A DNA stretch of 64,000 nucleotides. Origin: Occultella glacieicola. GTDB taxonomy: Bacteria; Actinomycetota; Actinomycetes; Actinomycetales; Beutenbergiaceae. The notes under the pieces were generated by a model. That model was not told the DNA's origin and searched no databases. It saw only the letters and a list, made by a program, of their open reading frames with translations. Made by a program: the position numbers and the translations under genes. Location of the stretch: the NCBI RefSeq assembly GCF_004353825.1, contig NZ_SMNA01000008.1:124001-188000 (forward strand), given 5' to 3'. This document shows, piece by piece, positions 59,791 to 64,000 of this stretch. Each line of letters begins with the position of its first letter. The first letter of the stretch is position 1.

Positions 59791-60537
59791 TCAGCCGAGC
59801 CGGCGGTACCCGTACAGGTCCTTCTGGGTCTGGTTCACCCAGATCCGGGTGCGCAGGTCGTCGGGGGAGTCGGGGTTGGCGATCTGCAGGGACAGCCCAT
59901 AGTTCTCGTCGACCACGTCCGCGACGATGCCGGCGTCGTTCACCCGCTCGGCCAGGGCGCGCACGTCCGGATGCTCGAACGAGAGCACCGCCCCCACCGA
60001 GCCGGCGCCGTGGACCGCGAACAGCCCACCGCCGGGGGCCCTCAGGTCCACCCACTCGCCGGAGTCGGACCGGATCCGCTCTTCCAGCCCGAGCGCCGTG
60101 AGCGCCCGGACGCCGCCCGGGACGTCCCCGGTGTACCAGAGCGGCAGCACCTCCGCCGGTGCCGCGGCGGCGAGGGCCGTGCGGCCGGTCAGGTCGGAGT
60201 TCTCGTCCAGGTACACGTGCTGCCCGTCGGCCGCGGCGATCGTGGCGTAGCGGCCGAAGTCCTCGGTGGTCACGCTCGGGCTCAGACCGAGCCCGTCCAG
60301 AGCGGCGGCGGCGGCGCGCAGCGCCGCATCCAGGTCCGCGACCACGAATCGCAACTGCGTGCTCCCGACCGACGGGTCGCCGTCGGGCATGGCGTGGATC
60401 GCGACGCCGCCACCGGCGAGCGCGAAGAGCTGCCAGTCGCCCTCGTCGAGGACCTGCTCCGCGCCGAGTGCCGTGACCAGGGCGACCCACGGCGCGGGAT
60501 GCGCGGTGTACCGGATCGGGCGGACGCGCAGACTCAT
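59791..60537 (-). CDS. VOC/glyoxalase family protein
   Basis: two VOC-like halves (EDFGR, DENYG...PD). Confidence 0.7.
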   Translation of the reverse strand: MSLRVRPIRYTAHPAPWVALVTALGAEQVLDEGDWQLFALAGGGVAIHAMPDGDPSVGSTQLRFVVADLDAALRAAAAALDGLGLSPSVTTEDFGRYATIAAADGQHVYLDENSDLTGRTALAAAAPAEVLPLWYTGDVPGGVRALTALGLEERIRSDSGEWVDLRAPGGGLFAVHGAGSVGAVLSFEHPDVRALAERVNDAGIVADVVDENYGLSLQIANPDSPDDLRTRIWVNQTQKDLYGYRRLG

Positions 60538-60689
60538 CGGTCGTGCTCCTTCAGGTAGGTCTCCAGGGCTCGCTGGACGAACGCGGACAGGCTGAGGCCG
60601 TCGTCGATCGAGCGATGCTTGACCGCCCGGATGAGCTCCGGCGGGAGGTAGACGTTGAACTGGGCCTTCGCGGCCTTCTCCTCTGTCAT
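60534..60689 (-). CDS. CopG/ribbon-helix-helix regulator, 51 aa (absent from ORF track)
   Basis: [55 protein letters not shown] overlap with the VOC gene. Confidence 0.85.
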   Translation of the reverse strand: MTEEKAAKAQFNVYLPPELIRAVKHRSIDDGLSLSAFVQRALETYLKEHDR

Positions 60690-60772
60690 GCGAACATGCT
60701 AGCAACCTACAAAGGCCTTGGGCAACGCCGGCCGGTGTGCCAGGATTGCCCCATGCTCACGCGTCGATTTAG

Positions 60773-61938
<1,166 letters not shown>

Positions 61939-61939
<1 letters not shown>

Positions 61940-64000
61940 TGCCGTACGTCGTGCCGAGCTGGCTCCGCGACCACGTCGAGATCCCCGTGGGCACCACAGC
62001 CGCCCAGCTGGCCGCGGACCTGGTCCGGGTCGGCCTGGAGGAGGAGGCGGTGCACGCCGCGGGGGTGACCGGCCCGCTCGTGGTCGGCCGGGTGCTCGAG
62101 GTGAACCCCGAGCCGCAGAAGAACGGCAAGACCATCAACTGGTGCCGGGTGGACGTCGGCGCCCACAACAACGCCGACGGCTCCGGCCGTGGGATCGTCT
62201 GCGGCGCCCACAACTTCGCTGCGGGTGACTCCGTGGTGGTCGCCCTGCCCGGCGCCGTGCTGCCCGGCGACTTCGCGATCGCGGCCCGCAAGACGTACGG
62301 CCACGTCTCCGACGGGATGATCTGCTCCGAGAGCGAGCTCGGCCTCGGCGAGGGACACGAGGGCATCATCGTGCTCGAGGACGCGCCCGCGCCGGGCACC
62401 GACGCCATCGCGTTGCTCGGCCTCGGCGAGGAGGTCCTCGAGATCAATGTGACCCCGGACCGCGGCTACTGCTTCAGCGTGCGTGGGGTGGCCCGCGAGT
62501 ACGGCCACTCCACCGGCGCCGCATTCACCGACCACGGGCTGCCGGGCCCGGACCTGCCGTCCGGCAACGACGCGGGCTTCGCCGTCGAACTCGCCGACGA
62601 CGCCCCGATCCACGGGGTGCCCGGCGCGGACCGGTTCGTCGCCCGGATCGTCCGCGGCGTCGACACCACCGCGCCGACCCCGGACTGGATGGCCACCCGG
62701 CTGCGCCAGGCCGGGATGCGCCCGATCTCCCTGGCGGTGGACATCACGAACTACGTGATGCTCGACCTCGGTCAGCCGCTGCACGCCTACGACCTGGCCA
62801 CGCTGGCCGCCCCGATCGTGGTGCGCCGGGCCCGGGCGGGGGAGCGGCTCACCACCCTGGACGACGTCACCCGCACCCTGGACGCCGAGGATCTGTTGAT
62901 CACCGACTCCCCGGACGCACCCGGGTCGCGCATCCTCGGCATCGCCGGAGTGATGGGCGGTGCCGACACAGAGGTGACGGACGCGACCACGGACGTGCTC
63001 ATCGAGGCGGCCCACTTCGACCAGATCTCGGTGGCCCGCAGCGCCCGACGGCACAAGCTGCCCAGCGAGGCCGCCAAGCGGTTCGAACGGGGCGTGGACA
63101 CCGCGCTGCAGGCGGTCGCCGCGCAGCGCGTCGTCGACCTGCTCGTGCAGTTCGCCGGCGGCTCACCCGATGCCGGGGTCACCGACCTCGACCGCACGAC
63201 GGCGCCCGAACCGATCGCGATCGACGTCACCCTGCCGGGTCGGCTGGTCGGGGTCGAGTACTCGGCCGAGACGGTGATCGCCACCCTCGAGTCGCTGGGC
63301 GCTCTGGTGGTCACCGGCGGCGCCGAGCTGCTGGTCACCCCGCCGACCTGGCGGGCCGACCTGACCGAGCCGGCCGACCTCGTCGAGGAGGTCGTGCGCC
63401 TGCAGGGCTACGACCGGGTGCCCTCGGTGCTTCCGGCCGCACCGCCGGGTGGTCGCGGGCTCAGCCTCACGCAGCGCCGCCGGCGCCGGGTGGCGAGCCT
63501 GCTCGCCGACTCCGGTCTCACCCAGGTGCTCACCTACCCGTTCATGGCCTCCTCACGGCACGACGACCTGGCGCTGCCCGAGGGTGATCCACGGCGCCGC
63601 GCCGTGCGGCTGGCGAACCCGCTGTCGGAGGCGATGCCGTACCTGCGGACCTCGCTGCTGCACACGCTGGTCGATGCCGCGGTGCGCAACGTCGGCCGTG
63701 GACTGACCGACGTCGCGATCTACGAGATCGGCATGGTCACCCGACCGGACGGCGCCGGCCACCCGTCGCCGCTTCCGCCCACCGGGGTCCGCCCGAGCGA
63801 TGCGGACCTGGACGCGATCCGGGCCGCCGTGCCCGCGCAGCCGCTGCGGGTGGCCGGCGTCCTGGCCGGCAGCCTGGTCCCGCCCGGCGTGTACACGCAG
63901 GCCCGGCGGGCCGATCACGCCGACGCCATCGCGCTCGTGCACCGGATCGCGCAGGCGACCGGCGTCACGCCCGTCGTCGAGGCGGACACCGAGTCCCTGC
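61939..64000 (+). CDS. pheT: phenylalanine--tRNA ligase beta subunit (3' truncated)
   Basis: ATG overlaps the pheS stop; translation gives IVCGAHN, INVTPDRGY, GQPLHAYD, RFERGVD, DLVEEV.RL.GY. Confidence 0.95.

Overview
High-GC Actinomycetota chromosome segment, Micrococcales-like by gene content (inference). Core blocks: end of the dcw cluster (murC-ftsQ-ftsZ-pgeF-sepF-yggT-divIVA-lspA-RluA family), dnaE, a split his operon (hisD ... hisC-hisB-orf-hisH-priA), infC-rpmI-rplT-TrmH family, and pheS-pheT (pheT runs off the end). Accessory tracts lie between them: soxR with an MFS pump, a GH114 lipoprotein, AidB-like and RecQ-like genes, an M23 hydrolase, a DUF222-HNH nuclease, an APH-like kinase, a two-component plus ABC cassette, tdk, ThpR, LigC and PrimPol. 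Most notable: (1) a DUF222-HNH gene with both a PafBC-type promoter and a LexA-like box, next to two degenerate non-coding repeat arrays, with a 14-bp palindrome (GCTTCCGCGGAAGC) found both in the array and inside the gene; (2) a 3.56-kb integrase-free TCS/ABC islet bounded by a perfect 24-bp direct repeat that duplicates a gene 3' end; (3) PafBC-type motifs before dnaE, recQ-like, HNH and tdk; (4) non-AUG starts (infC, probably pgeF). No rRNA, tRNA, CRISPR-Cas or transposase was recognised. All family calls come from motif recognition by eye, not database searches.
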